Shown: positions 48,201-63,200 of the stretch, in pieces | How positions within the stretch are numbered: position 1 is the stretch's first letter | Layout: each line of letters begins with the position of its first letter | Assembly: GCA_964016885.1 (NCBI GenBank) | Contig: OZ024742.1 | Location: 289,602,001 to 289,666,000, forward strand | Reading direction: 5' to 3' | Length of the DNA: 64,000 nucleotides | Source of the DNA: Eledone cirrhosa | Taxonomy: Eukaryota | Notes under the pieces: model-generated | What the model was told of the DNA's origin: nothing | Seen by the model: only the letters and a program-made list of their open reading frames with translations | The model's database searches: none | Translations under genes and position numbers: made by a program

Positions 48201-51200
48201 GTAGTGAAACAGTGGCAGTGATTGTAGAGGATGTTATGTGGCAGTGAGACAGTGGCAGTGATTGTAGAGGATGTTATGTGGTAGTAAGACAGTGGCAGTG
48301 ATTGTAGAGGATGTTATGTGGCAGTGAGACAGTGGCAGTGATTGTAGAGGATGTTATGTGGTAGTGAGACAGTGGCAGTGATTGTAAAGGATGTTATGTG
48401 GTAGTGAGACAGTGGCAGTGATTGTAGAGAATTTTATGTGGCACTGAGACAGTGGCAGTGATTGTAGAGGATGTTATGTGGTAGTGAGACAGTGGCAGTG
48501 ATTGTAGAGGATGTTATGTGGCAGTGAGACAGTGGCAGTGATTGTTGAGGATGTTATGTGGTAGTGAGACAGTGGCAGTGGTTGTAGAGGATGTTATGTG
48601 GTAGTGAGACAGTGGCAGTGATTGTAGAGGATGTTATGTGGCAGTGAGACAGTGGCAGTGATTGTAGAGGATGTTATGTGGTAGTGAGACAGTGGCAGTG
48701 ATTGTAGAGGATGTTATGTGGTAGTGAGACAGTGGCAGTGATTGTAGAGGATGTTATGTGGCAGTGAGACAGTGGCAGTGATTGTAGAGGATGTTATGTG
48801 GCAGTGAGACAGTGGCAGTGATTGTAGAGGATGTTATGTGGTAGTGAGACAGTGGCAGTGATTGTAGAGGATGTTATGTGGCAGTGAGACAGTGGCAGTG
48901 ATTGTAGAGGATTTTATGTGGTAGTGAGACAGTGGCAGTGATTGTAGAGGATGTTATGTGGCAGTGAGACAGTGGCAGTGATTGTAGAGGATGTTATGTG
49001 GTAGTGAGACAGTGGCAGTGATTGTAGAGGATGTTATGTGGTAGTGAGACAGTGGCAGTGATTGTAGAGGATGTTATGTGGTAGTGAGACAGTGGCAGTG
49101 ATTGTAGAGCATGTTATGTGGTAGTGAGTCAGTGGCAGTGATTGTAGAGGATGTTATGTGGTAGTGAGACAGTGGCAGTGATTGTAGAGCATGTTATGTG
49201 GTAGTGAGACAGTGGCAGTGATTGTAGAGGATGTTATGTGGCAGTGAGACAGTGGCAGTGATTGTAGAGGATGTTATGTGGTAGTGAGACAGTGGCAGTG
49301 ATTGTAAAGGATGTTATGTGGTAGTGAGACAGTGGCAGTGATTGTAGAGCATGTTATGTGGTAGTGAGACAGTGGCAGTGATTGTAGAGGATGTTATGTG
49401 GCAGTGAGACAGTGGCAGTGATTGTAGAGGATGTTATGTGGCAGTGAGACAGTGGCAGTGATTGTAGAGGATGTTATGTGGTAGTAAGACAGTGGCAGTG
49501 ATTGTAGAGGATGTTATGTGGCAGTGAGACAGTGGCAGTGATTGTAGAGGATGTTATGTGGTAGTGAGACAGTGGCAGTGATTGTAGAGGATGTTATGTG
49601 GTAGTGAGACAGTGGCAGTGATTGTAGAGGATGTTATGTGGCAGTGAGACAGTGGCAGTGATTGTAGAGGATGTTATGTGGCAGTGAGACAGTGGCAGTG
49701 ATTGTAGAGGATGTTATGTGGCAGTGAGACAGTGGTAGTGATTGTAGAGGATGTTATGTGGCAGTGAGACAGAGGCAGTGATTGTAGAGGATGTTATGTG
49801 GTAGTGAGACAGTGGCAGTGATTGTAGAGGATGTTATGTGGTAGTGAGACAGTGGCAGTGATTGTAGAGGATGTTATGTGGTAGTGAGACAGTGGCAGTG
49901 ATTGTAGAGGATGTTATGTGGCAGTGAGACAGTGGCAGTGATTGTAGAGGATGTTATGTGGTAGTGAGACAGTGGCAGTGATTGTAGAGGATGTTATGTG
50001 GCAGTGAGACAGTGGCAGTAAATGTAGAGGATGTTATGTGGCAGTGAGACAGTGGCAGTGATTGTAGAGGATGTTATGTGGCAGTGAGACAGTGACAGTG
50101 ATTGTAGAGGATGTTATGTGGTAGTGAGACAGTGGCAGTGATTGTAGAGGATGTTATGTGGCAGTGAGACAGTGACAGTGATTGTAGAGGATGTTATGTG
50201 GTAGTGAGACAGTGGCAGTAATTGTAGAGGATGTTATGTGGTAGTGAGACAGTGGCAGTGATTGTAGAGGATGTTATGTGGCAGTGAGACAGTGGCAGTG
50301 ATTGTAGAGGATGTTATGTGGTAGTGAGACAGTGGCAGTGATTGTAGAGGATGTTATGTGGCAGTGAGACAGTGGCAGTGATTGTAGAGGATGTTATGTG
50401 GTAGTGAGATAGTGGCAGTGATTGTAGAGGATGTTATGTGGCAGTGAGACAGTGGCAGTAAATGTAGAGGATGTTATGTGGTAGTGAGACAGTGGCAGTG
50501 ATTGTAGAGGATGTTATGTGGCAGTGAGACAGTGACAGTGATTGTAGAGGATGTTATGTGGTAGTGAGACAGTGGCAGTGATTGTAGAGGATGTTATGTG
50601 GCAGTGAGACAGTGGCAGTGATTGTAGAGGATGTTATGTGGTAGTGAGACAGTGGCAGTAATTGTAGAGGATGTTATGTGGCAGTGAGACAGTGGCAGTG
50701 ATTGTAGAGGATGTTATGTGGCAGTGAGACAGTGGCAGTGATTGTAGAGGATGTTATGTGGTAGTGAGACAGTGGCAGTGATTGTAGAGGATGTTATGTG
50801 GTAGTGAGACAGTGGCAGTGATTGTAGAGGATGTTATGTGGCAGCGAGACAGTGGCAGTGATTGTAGAGGATGTTATGTGGCAGTGAGACAGTGGCAGTG
50901 ATTGTAGAGGATGTTATGTGGCAGTGAGACAGTGGAAGTGATTGTAGAGGATGTTATGTGGTAGTGAGACAGTGGCAGTGATTGTAGAGGATGTTATGTG
51001 GTAGTGAGACAGTGGCAGTGATTGTAGAGGATGTTATGTGGTAGTGAGACAGTGGCAGTGATTGTAGAGGATGTTATGTGGCAGTGAGACAGTGGCAGTG
51101 ATTGTAGAGGATGTTATGTGGTAGTGAGACAGTGGCAGTGATTGTAGAGGATGTTATGTGGCAGTGAGACAGTGGCAGTAAATGTAGAGGATGTTATGTG

Positions 51201-54200
51201 GCAGTGAGACAGTGGCAGTGATTGTAGAGGATGTTATGTGGCAGTGAGACAGTGACAGTGATTGTAGAGGATGTTATGTGGTAGTGAGACAGTGGCAGTG
51301 ATTGTAGAGGATGTTATGTGGCAGTGAGACAGTGACAGTGATTGTAGAGGATGCTATGTGGTAGTGAGACAGTGGCAGTAATTGTAGAGGATGTTATGTG
51401 GTAGTGAGACAGTGGCAGTGATTGTAGAGGATGTTATGTGGCAGTGAGACAGTGGCAGTGATTGTAGAGGATGTTATGTGGTAGTGAGACAGTGGCAGTG
51501 ATTGTAGAGGATGTTATGTGGCAGTGAGACAGTGGCAGTGATTGTAGAGGATGTTATGTGGTAGTGAGATAGTGGCAGTGATTGTAGAGGATGTTATGTG
51601 GCAGTGAGACAGTGGCAGTAAATGTAGAGGATGTTATGTGGTAGTGAGACAGTGGCAGTGATTGTAGAGGATGTTATGTGGCAGTGAGACAGTGACAGTG
51701 ATTGTAGAGGATGTTATGTGGTAGTGAGACAGTGGCAGTGATTGTAGAGGATGTTATGTGGCAGTGAGACAGTGGCAGTGATTGTAGAGGATGTTATGTG
51801 GTAGTGAGACAGTGGCAGTGATTGTAGAGGATGTTATGTGGTAGTGAGACAGTGGCAGTGATTGTAGAGGATGTTATGTGGTAGTGAGACAGTGGCAGTG
51901 ATTGTAGAGCATGTTATGTGGTAGTGAGACAGTGGCAGTGATTGTAGAGGATGTTATGTGGCAGTGAGACAGTGGCAGTGATTGTAGAGGATGTTATGTG
52001 GCAGTGAGACAGTGGCAGTGATTGTAGAGGATGTTATGTGGCAGTGATTGTAGAGGATGTTATGTGGTAGTGAAACAGTGGCAGTGATTGTAGAGGATGT
52101 TATGTGGCAGTGAGACAGTGGCAGTGATTGTAGAGGATGTTATGTGGCAGTGAGACAGTGGCAGTGATTGTAGAGGATGTTATGTGGTAGTGAAACAGTG
52201 GCAGTGATTGTAGAGGATGTTATGTGGCAGTGAGACAGTGGCAGTGATTGTAGAGGATGTTATGTGGTAGTAAGACAGTGGCAGTGATTGTAGAGGATGT
52301 TATGTGGCAGTGAGACAGTGGCAGTGATTGTAGAGGATGTTATGTGGTAGTGAGACAGTGGCAGTGATTGTAAAGGATGTTATGTGGTAGTGAGACAGTG
52401 GCAGTGATTGTAGAGAATTTTATGTGGCACTGAGACAGTGGCAGTGATTGTAGAGGATGTTATGTGGTAGTGAGACAGTGGCAGTGATTGTAGAGGATGT
52501 TATGTGGCAGTGAGACAGTGGCAGTGATTGTTGAGGATGTTATGTGGTAGTGAGACAGTGGCAGTGGTTGTAGAGGATGTTATGTGGTAGTGAGACAGTG
52601 GCAGTGATTGTAGAGGATGTTATGTGGCAGTGAGACAGTGGCAGTGATTGTAGAGGATGTTATGTGGTAGTGAGACAGTGGCAGTGATTGTAGAGGATGT
52701 TATGTGGTAGTGAGACAGTGGCAGTGATTGTAGAGGATGTTATGTGGCAGTGAGACAGTGGCAGTGATTGTAGAGGATGTTATGTGGCAGTGAGACAGTG
52801 GCAGTGATTGTAGAGGATGTTATGTGGTAGTGAGACAGTGGCAGTGATTGTAGAGGATGTTATGTGGCAGTGAGACAGTGGCAGTGATTGTAGAGGATTT
52901 TATGTGGTAGTGAGACAGTGGCAGTGATTGTAGAGGATGTTATGTGGCAGTGAGACAGTGGCAGTGATTGTAGAGGATGTTATGTGGTAGTGAGACAGTG
53001 GCAGTGATTGTAGAGGATGTTATGTGGTAGTGAGACAGTGGCAGTGATTGTAGAGGATGTTATGTGGTAGTGAGACAGTGGCAGTGATTGTAGAGCATGT
53101 TATGTGGTAGTGAGTCAGTGGCAGTGATTGTAGAGGATGTTATGTGGTAGTGAGACAGTGGCAGTGATTGTAGAGCATGTTATGTGGTAGTGAGACAGTG
53201 GCAGTGATTGTAGAGGATGTTATGTGGCAGTGAGACAGTGGCAGTGATTGTAGAGGATGTTATGTGGTAGTGAGACAGTGGAAGTGATTGTAGAGGATGT
53301 TATGTGGTAGTGAGACAGTGGCAGTGATTGTAGAGGATGTTATGTGGTAGTGAGACAGTGGCAGTGATTGTAGAGGATGTTATGTGGTAGTGAGACAGTG
53401 GCAGTGATTGTAGAGGATGTTATGTGGCAGTGAGACAGTGGCAGTGATTGTAGAGGATGTTATGTGGTAGTGAGACAGTGGCAGTGATTGTAGAGGATGT
53501 TATGTGGCAGTGAGACAGTGGCAGTAAATGTAGAGGATGTTATGTGGCAGTGAGACAGTGGCAGTGATTGTAGAGGATGTTATGTGGCAGTGAGACAGTG
53601 ACAGTGATTGTAGAGGATGTTATGTGGTAGTGAGACAGTGGCAGTGATTGTAGAGGATGTTATGTGGTAGTGAGACAGTGGCAGTGATTGTAGAGGATGT
53701 TATGTGGCAGTGAGACAGTGGCAGTGATTGTAGAGGATGTTATGTGGCAGTGAGACAGTGGCAGTGATTGTAGAGGATGTTATGTGGTAGTGAGACAGTG
53801 GCAGTGATTGTAGAGGATGTTATGTGGCAGTGAGACAGTGGCAGTGATTGTAGAGGATTTTATGTGGTAGTGAGACAGTGGCAGTGATTGTAGAGGATGT
53901 TATGTGGCAGTGAGACAGTGGCAGTGATTGTAGAGGATGTTATGTGGTAGTGAGACAGTGGCAGTGATTGTAGAGGATGTTATGTGGTAGTGAGACAGTG
54001 GCAGTGATTGTAGAGGATGTTATGTGGCAGTGAGACAGTGGCAGTGATTGTTGAGGATGTTATGTGGTAGTGAGACAGTGGCAGTGGTTGTAGAGGATGT
54101 TATGTGGTAGTGAGACAGTGGCAGTGATTGTAGAGGATGTTATGTGGCAGTGAGACAGTGGCAGTGATTGTAGAGGATGTTATGTGGTAGTGAGACAGTG

Positions 54201-57200
54201 GCAGTGATTGTAGAGGATGTTATGTGGTAGTGAGACAGTGGCAGTGATTGTAGAGGATGTTATGTGGCAGTGAGACAGTGGCAGTGATTGTAGAGGATGT
54301 TATGTGGCAGTGAGACAGTGGCAGTGATTGTAGAGGATGTTATGTGGTAGTGAGACAGTGGCAGTGATTGTAGAGGATGTTATGTGGCAGTGAGACAGTG
54401 GCAGTGATTGTAGAGGATTTTATGTGGTAGTGAGACAGTGGCAGTGATTGTAGAGGATGTTATGTGGCAGTGAGACAGTGGCAGTGATTGTAGAGGATGT
54501 TATGTGGTAGTGAGACAGTGGCAGTGATTGTAGAGGATGTTATGTGGTAGTGAGACAGTGGCAGTGATTGTAGAGGATGTTATGTGGTAGTGAGACAGTG
54601 GCAGTGATTGTAGAGCATGTTATGTGGTAGTGAGTCAGTGGCAGTGATTGTAGAGGATGTTATGTGGTAGTGAGACAGTGGCAGAGATTGTAGAGCATGT
54701 TATGTGGTAGTGAGACAGTGGCAGTGATTGTAGAGGATGTTATGTGGCAGTGAGACAGTGGCAGTGATTGTAGAGGATGTTATGTGGTAGTGAGACAGTG
54801 GCAGTGATTGTAAAGGATGTTATGTGGTAGTGAGACAGTGGCAGTGATTGTAGAGCATGTTATGTGGTAGTGAGACAGTGGCAGTGATTGTAGAGGATGT
54901 TATGTGGCAGTGAGACAGTGGCAGTGATTGTAGAGGATGTTATGTGGCAGTGAGACAGTGGCAGTGATTGTAGAGGATGTTATGTGGTAGTAAGACAGTG
55001 GCAGTGATTGTAGAGGATGTTATGTGGCAGTGAGACAGTGGCAGTGATTGTAGAGGATGTTATGTGGTAGTGAGACAGTGGCAGTGATTGTAGAGGATGT
55101 TATGTGGTAGTGAGACAGTGGCAGTGATTGTAGAGGATGTTATGTGGCAGTGAGACAGTGGCAGTGATTGTAGAGGATGTTATGTGGCAGTGAGACAGTG
55201 GCAGTGATTGTAGAGGATGTTATGTGGCAGTGAGACAGTGGTAGTGATTGTAGAGGATGTTATGTGGCAGTGAGACAGAGGCAGTGATTGTAGAGGATGT
55301 TATGTGGTAGTGAGACAGTGGCAGTGATTGTAGAGGATGTTATGTGGTAGTGAGACAGTGGCAGTGATTGTAGAGGATGTTATGTGGCAGTGAGACAGTG
55401 GCAGTGATTGTAGAGGATGTTATGTGGTAGTGAGACAGTGGCAGTGATTGTAGAGGATGTTATGTGGCAGTGAGACAGTGGCAGTAAATGTAGAGGATGT
55501 TATGTGGCAGTGAGACAGTGGCAGTGATTGTAGAGGATGTTATGTGGCAGTGAGACAGTGACAGTGATTGTAGAGGATGTTATGTGGTAGTGAGACAGTG
55601 GCAGTGATTGTAGAGGATGTTATGTGGCAGTGAGACAGTGACAGTGATTGTAGAGGATGTTATGTGGTAGTGAGACAGTGGCAGTAATTGTAGAGGATGT
55701 TATGTGGTAGTGAGACAGTGGCAGTGATTGTAGAGGATGTTATGTGGCAGTGAGACAGTGGCAGTGATTGTAGAGGATGTTATGTGGTAGTGAGACAGTG
55801 GCAGTGATTGTAGAGGATGTTATGTGGCAGTGAGACAGTGGCAGTGATTGTAGAGGATGTTATGTGGTAGTGAGATAGTGGCAGTGATTGTAGAGGATGT
55901 TATGTGGCAGTGAGACAGTGGCAGTAAATGTAGAGGATGTTATGTGGTAGTGAGACAGTGGCAGTGATTGTAGAGGATGTTATGTGGCAGTGAGACAGTG
56001 ACAGTGATTGTAGAGGATGTTATGTGGTAGTGAGACAGTGGCAGTGATTGTAGAGGATGTTATGTGGCAGTGAGACAGTGGCAGTGATTGTAGAGGATGT
56101 TATGTGGTAGTGAGACAGTGGCAGTGATTGTAGAGGATGTTATGTGGCAGTGAGACAGTGGCAGTAAATGTAGAGGATGTTATGTGGCAGTGAGACAGTG
56201 GCAGTGATTGTAGAGGATGTTATGTGGCAGTGAGACAGAGGCAGTGATTGTAGAGGATGTTATGTGGCAGTGAGACAGTGGCAGTGATTGTAGAGGATGT
56301 TATGTGGCAGTGAGACAGTGACAGTGATTGTAGAGGATGTTATGTGGTAGTGAGACAGTGGCAGTGATTGTAGAGGATGTTATGTGGCAGTGAGACAGTG
56401 ACAGTGATTGTAGAGGATGTTATGTGGTAGTGAGACAGTGGCAGTAATTGTAGAGGATGTTATGTGGTAGTGAGACAGTGGCAGTGATTGTAGAGGATGT
56501 TATGTGGCAGTGAGACAGTGGCAGTGATTGTAGAGGATGTTATGTGGTAGTGAGACAGTGGCAGTGATTGTAGAGGATGTTATGTGGCAGTGAGACAGTG
56601 GCAGTGATTGTAGAGGATGTTATGTGGTAGTGAGATAGTGGCAGTGATTGTAGAGGATGTTATGTGGCAGTGAGACAGTGGCAGTAAATGTAGAGGATGT
56701 TATGTGGTAGTGAGACAGTGGCAGTGATTGTAGAGGATGTTATGTGGCAGTGAGACAGTGACAGTGATTGTAGAGGATGTTATGTGGTAGTGAGACAGTG
56801 GCAGTGATTGTAGAGGATGTTATGTGGCAGTGAGACAGTGGCAGTGATTGTAGAGGATGTTATGTGGTAGTGAGACAGTGGCAGTGATTGTAGAGGATGT
56901 TATGTGGCAGTGAGACAGTGGCAGTAAATGTAGAGGATGTTATGTGGCAGTGAGACAGTGGCAGTGATTGTAGAGGATGTTATGTGGCAGTGAGACAGTG
57001 ACAGTGATTGTAGAGGATGTTATGTGGTAGTGAGACAGTGGCAGTGATTGTAGAGGATGTTATGTGGCAGTGAGACAGTGACAGTGATTGTAGAGGATGT
57101 TATGTGGTAGTGAGACAGTGGCAGTAATTGTAGAGGATGTTATGTGGTAGTGAGACAGTGGCAGTGATTGTAGAGGATGTTATGTGGCAGTGAGACAGTG

Positions 57201-60200
57201 GCAGTGATTGTAGAGGATGTTATGTGGTAGTGAGACAGTGGCAGTGATTGTAGAGGATGTTATGTGGCAGTGAGACAGTGGCAGTGATTGTAGAGGATGT
57301 TATGTGGTAGTGAGATAGTGGCAGTGATTGTAGAGGATGTTATGTGGCAGTGAGACAGTGGCAGTAAATGTAGAGGATGTTATGTGGTAGTGAGACAGTG
57401 GCAGTGATTGTAGAGGATGTTACGTGGCAGTGAGACAGTGACAGTGATTGTAGAGGATGTTATGTGGTAGTGAGACAGTGGCAGTGATTGTAGAGGATGT
57501 TATGTGGTAGTGAGACAGTGGCAGTGATTGTAGAGAATTTTATGTGGCACTGAGACAGTGGCAGTGATTGTAGAGGATGTTATGTGGTAGTGAGACAGTG
57601 GCAGTGATTGTAGAGGATGTTATGTGGCAGTGAGACAGTGGCAGTGATTGTTGAGGATGTTATGTGGTAGTGAGACAGTGGCAGTGGTTGTAGAGGATGT
57701 TATGTGGTAGTGAGACAGTGGCAGTGATTGTAGAGGATGTTATGTGGCAGTGAGACAGTGGCAGTGATTGTAGAGGATGTTATGTGGTAGTGAGACAGTG
57801 GCAGTGATTGTAGAGGATGTTATGTGGTAGTGAGACAGTGGCAGTGATTGTAGAGGATGTTATGTGGCAGTGAGACAGTAGCAGTGATTGTAGAGGATGT
57901 TATGTGGCAGTGAGACAGTGGCAGTGATTGTAGAGGATGTTATGTGGTAGTGAGACAGTGGCAGTGATTGTAGAGGATGTTATGTGGCAGTGAGACAGTG
58001 GCAGTGATTGTAGAGGATTTTATGTGGTAGTGAGACAGTGGCAGTGATTGTAGAGGATGTTATGTGGCAGTGAGACAGTGGCAGTGATTGTAGAGGATGT
58101 TATGTGGTAGTGAGACAGTGGCAGTGATTGTAGAGGATGTTATGTGGTAGTGAGACAGTGGCAGTGATTGTAGAGGATGTTATGTGGCAGTGAGACAGTG
58201 GCAGTGATTGTTGAGGATGTTATGTGGTAGTGAGACAGTGGCAGTGGTTGTAGAGGATGTTATGTGGTAGTGAGACAGTGGCAGTGATTGTAGAGGATGT
58301 TATGTGGCAGTGAGACAGTGGCAGTGATTGTAGAGGATGTTATGTGGTAGTGAGACAGTGGCAGTGATTGTAGAGGATGTTATGTGGTAGTGAGACAGTG
58401 GCAGTGATTGTAGAGGATGTTATGTGGCAGTGAGACAGTGGCAGTGATTGTAGAGGATGTTATGTGGCAGTGAGACAGTGGCAGTGATTGTAGAGGATGT
58501 TATGTGGCAGTGAGACAGTGGCAGTGATTGTAGAGGATGTTATGTGGCAGTGAGACAGTGGCAGTGAATGTAGAGGATGTTATGTGGTAGTGAGACAGTG
58601 GCAGTGATTGTAGAGGATGTTATGTGGTAGTGAGACAGTGGCAGTGATTGTAAAGGATGTTATGTGGCAGTGAGACAGTGGCAGTGATTGTAGAGGATGT
58701 TATGTGGTAGTGAGACAGTGGCAGTGATAGTAGAGGATGTTATGTGGTAGTGAGACAGTGGCAGTGATTGTAGAGGATGTTATGTGGCAGTGATTGTAGA
58801 GGATGTTATGTGGTAGTGAGACAGTGGCAGTGATTGTAGAGGATGTTATGTGGCAGTGAGACAGTGGCAGTTATTGTAGAAGATGTTATGTGGTAGTGAG
58901 ACAGTGGCAGTGATTGTAGAGGATGTTATGTGGCAGTGAGACAGTGGCAGTGATTGTAGAGGATGTTATGTGGCAGTGAGACAGTGGCAGTGATTGTAGA
59001 GGATGTTATGTGGTAGTGAGACAGTGGCAGCGATTGTAGAGGATGTTATGTGGCAGTGAGACAGTGGCAGTGATTGTAGAGGATTTTATGTGGTAGTGAG
59101 ACAGTGGCAGTGATTGTAGAGGATGTTATGTGGCAGTGAGACAGTGGCAGTGATTGTAGAGCATGTTATGTGGCAGTGAGACGGTGGCAGTGATTGTAGA
59201 GGATGTTATGTGGTAGTGAGACAGTGGCAGTGATTGTAGAGGATGTTATGTGGTAGTGAGACAGTGGCAGTGATTGTAGAGGATGTTATGTGGTAGTGAG
59301 ACAGTGGCAGTGATTGTAGAGCATGTTATGTGGCAGTGAGACAGTGGCAGTGATTGTAGAGGATGTTATGTGGTAGTGAGACAGTGGCAGTGATTGTAGA
59401 GGATGTTATGTGGTAGTGAGACGGTGGCAGTGATTGTAGAGGATGTTATGTGGTAGTGAGACAGTGGCAGTGATTGTAGAGGATGTTATGTGGTAGTGAG
59501 ACAGTGGCAGTGATTGTAGGGGATGTTATGTGGTAGTGAGACAGTGGCAGTGATAGTAGAGGATGTTATGTGGTAGTGAGACAGTGGCAGTGATTGTAGA
59601 GGATGTTATGTGGTAGTGAGACAGTGGCAGTGATTGTAGAGGATGTTATGTGGTAGTGAGACAGTGGCAGTGATTGTAGAGGATGTTATGTGGCAGTGAG
59701 ACAGTGGAAGTGATTGTAGAGGATGTTATGTGGTAGTGAGACAGTGGCAGTGATTGTAGAGGATGTTATGTGGCAGTGAGACAGTGGCAGTGATAGTAGA
59801 GGATGTTATGTGGTAGTGAGACAGTGGCAGTGATTGTTGAGGATGTTATGTGGTAGTGAGACAGTGGCAGTGATTGTAGAGGATGTTATGTGGTAGTGAG
59901 ACAGTGGCAGTGATTGTAGAGGATGTTATGTGGCAGTGAGACAGTGGCAGTGATTGTAGAGGATGTTATGTGGTAGTGAGACAGTGGCAGTGATTGTAGA
60001 GGATGTTATGTGGCAGTGAGACAGTGGCAGTGATTGTAGAGGATGTTATGTGGCAGTGAGACAGTGGCAGTGATTGTAGAGGATGTTATGTGGTAGTGAG
60101 ACAGTGGCAGTGATTGTAGAGGATGTTATGTGGTAGTGAGACAGTGGCAGTGATTGTAGAGGATGTTATGTGGTAGTGAGACAGTGGCAGTGATTGTAGA

Positions 60201-63200
60201 GGATGTTATGTGGTACTGAGACAGTGGCAGTGATAGTAGAGGATGTTATGTGGTAGTGAGACAGTGGCAGTAATTGTAGAGGATGTTATGTGATAGTGAG
60301 ACAGTGGCAGTGATTGTAGAGGATGTTATGTGGTAGTGAGACAGTGGCAGTGATTGTAGAGGATGTTATGTGGCAGTGAGACAGTGGCAGTGATTGTAGA
60401 GGATGTTATGTGTCAGTGAGACAGTGGCAGTGATTGTAGAGGATGTTATGTGGTAGTGAGACAGTGGCAGTGATTGTAAAGGATGTTATGTGGCAGTGAG
60501 ACAGTGGCAGTGATTGTAGAGGATGTTATGTGGCAGTGAGACAGTGGCAGTGATTGTAGAGGATGTTATGTGGCAGTGAGACAGAGGCAGTGATTGTAGA
60601 GGATGTTATGTGGCAGTGAGACAGTGGCAGTGATTGTAGAGGATGTTATGTGGCAGTGAGACAGTGACAGTGATTGTAGAGGATGTTATGTGGTAGTGAG
60701 ACAGTGGCAGTGATTGTAGAGGATGTTATGTGGCAGTGAGACAGTGACAGTGATTGTAGAGGATGTTATGTGGTAGTGAGACAGTGGCAGTAATTGTAGA
60801 GGATGTTATGTGGTAGTGAGACAGTGGCAGTGATTGTAGAGGATGTTATGTGGCAGTGAGACAGTGGCAGTGATTGTAGAGGATGTTATGTGGTAGTGAG
60901 ACAGTGGCAGTGATTGTAGAGGATGTTATGTGGCAGTGAGACAGTGGCAGTGATTGTAGAGGATGTTATGTGGTAGTGAGATAGTGGCAGTGATTGTAGA
61001 GGATGTTATGTGGCAGTGAGACAGTGGCAGTAAATGTAGAGGATGTTATGTGGTAGTGAGACAGTGGCAGTGATTGTAGAGGATGTTATGTGGCAGTGAG
61101 ACAGTGACAGTGATTGTAGAGGATGTTATGTGGTAGTGAGACAGTGGCAGTGATTGTAGAGGATGTTATGTGGCAGTGAGACAGTGGCAGTGATTGTAGA
61201 GGATGTTATGTGGTAGTGAGACAGTGGCAGTGATTGTAGAGGATGTTATGTGGCAGTGAGACAGTGGCAGTAAATGTAGAGGATGTTATGTGGCAGTGAG
61301 ACAGTGGCAGTGATTGTAGAGGATGTTATGTGGCAGTGAGACAGTGACAGTGATTGTAGAGGATGTTATGTGGTAGTGAGACAGTGGCAGTGATTGTAGA
61401 GGATGTTATGTGGCAGTGAGACAGTGACAGTGATTGTAGAGGATGTTATGTGGTAGTGAGACAGTGGCAGTAATTGTAGAGGATGTTATGTGGTAGTGAG
61501 ACAGTGGCAGTGATTGTAGAGGATGTTATGTGGCAGTGAGACAGTGGCAGTGATTGTAGAGGATGTTATGTGGCAGTGAGACAGTGGCAGTGATTGTAGA
61601 GGATGTTATGTGGTAGTGAGATAGTGGCAGTGATTGTAGAGGATGTTATGTGGCAGTGAGACAGTGGCAGTAAATGTAGAGGATGTTATGTGGTAGTGAG
61701 ACAGTGGCAGTGATTGTAGAGGATGTTACGTGGCAGTGAGACAGTGACAGTGATTGTAGAGGATGTTATGTGGTAGTGAGACAGTGGCAGTGATTGTAGA
61801 GGATGTTATGTGGTAGTGAGACAGTGGCAGTGATTGTAGAGAATTTTATGTGGCACTGAGACAGTGGCAGTGATTGTAGAGGATGTTATGTGGTAGTGAG
61901 ACAGTGGCAGTGATTGTAGAGGATGTTATGTGGCAGTGAGACAGTGGCAGTGATTGTTGAGGATGTTATGTGGTAGTGAGACAGTGGCAGTGGTTGTAGA
62001 GGATGTTATGTGGTAGTGAGACAGTGGCAGTGATTGTAGAGGATGTTATGTGGCAGTGAGACAGTGGCAGTGATTGTAGAGGATGTTATGTGGTAGTGAG
62101 ACAGTGGCAGTGATTGTAGAGGATGTTATGTGGTAGTGAGACAGTGGCAGTGATTGTAGAGGATGTTATGTGGCAGTGAGACAGTAGCAGTGATTGTAGA
62201 GGATGTTATGTGGCAGTGAGACAGTGGCAGTGATTGTAGAGGATGTTATGTGGTAGTGAGACAGTGGCAGTGATTGTAGAGGATGTTATGTGGCAGTGAG
62301 ACAGTGGCAGTGATTGTAGAGGATTTTATGTGGTAGTGAGACAGTGGCAGTGATTGTAGAGGATGTTATGTGGCAGTGAGACAGTGGCAGTGATTGTAGA
62401 GGATGTTATGTGGTAGTGAGACAGTGGCAGTGATTGTAGAGGATGTTATGTGGTAGTGAGACAGTGGCAGTGATTGTAGAGGATGTTATGTGGCAGTGAG
62501 ACAGTGGCAGTGATTGTTGAGGATGTTATGTGGTAGTGAGACAGTGGCAGTGGTTGTAGAGGATGTTATGTGGTAGTGAGACAGTGGCAGTGATTGTAGA
62601 GGATGTTATGTGGCAGTGAGACAGTGGCAGTGATTGTAGAGGATGTTATGTGGTAGTGAGACAGTGGCAGTGATTGTAGAGGATGTTATGTGGTAGTGAG
62701 ACAGTGGCAGTGATTGTAGAGGATGTTATGTGGCAGTGAGACAGTGGCAGTGATTGTAGAGGATGTTATGTGGCAGTGAGACAGTGGCAGTGATTGTAGA
62801 GGATGTTATGTGGCAGTGAGACAGTGGCAGTGATTGTAGAGGATGTTATGTGGCAGTGAGACAGTGGCAGTGAATGTAGAGGATGTTATGTGGTAGTGAG
62901 ACAGTGGCAGTGATTGTAGAGGATGTTATGTGGTAGTGAGACAGTGGCAGTGATTGTAAAGGATGTTATGTGGCAGTGAGACAGTGGCAGTGATTGTAGA
63001 GGATGTTATGTGGTAGTGAGACAGTGGCAGTGATAGTAGAGGATGTTATGTGGTAGTGAGACAGTGGCAGTGATTGTAGAGGATGTTATGTGGCAGTGAT
63101 TGTAGAGGATGTTATGTGGTAGTGAGACAGTGGCAGTGATTGTAGAGGATGTTATGTGGCAGTGAGACAGTGGCAGTTATTGTAGAAGATGTTATGTGGT

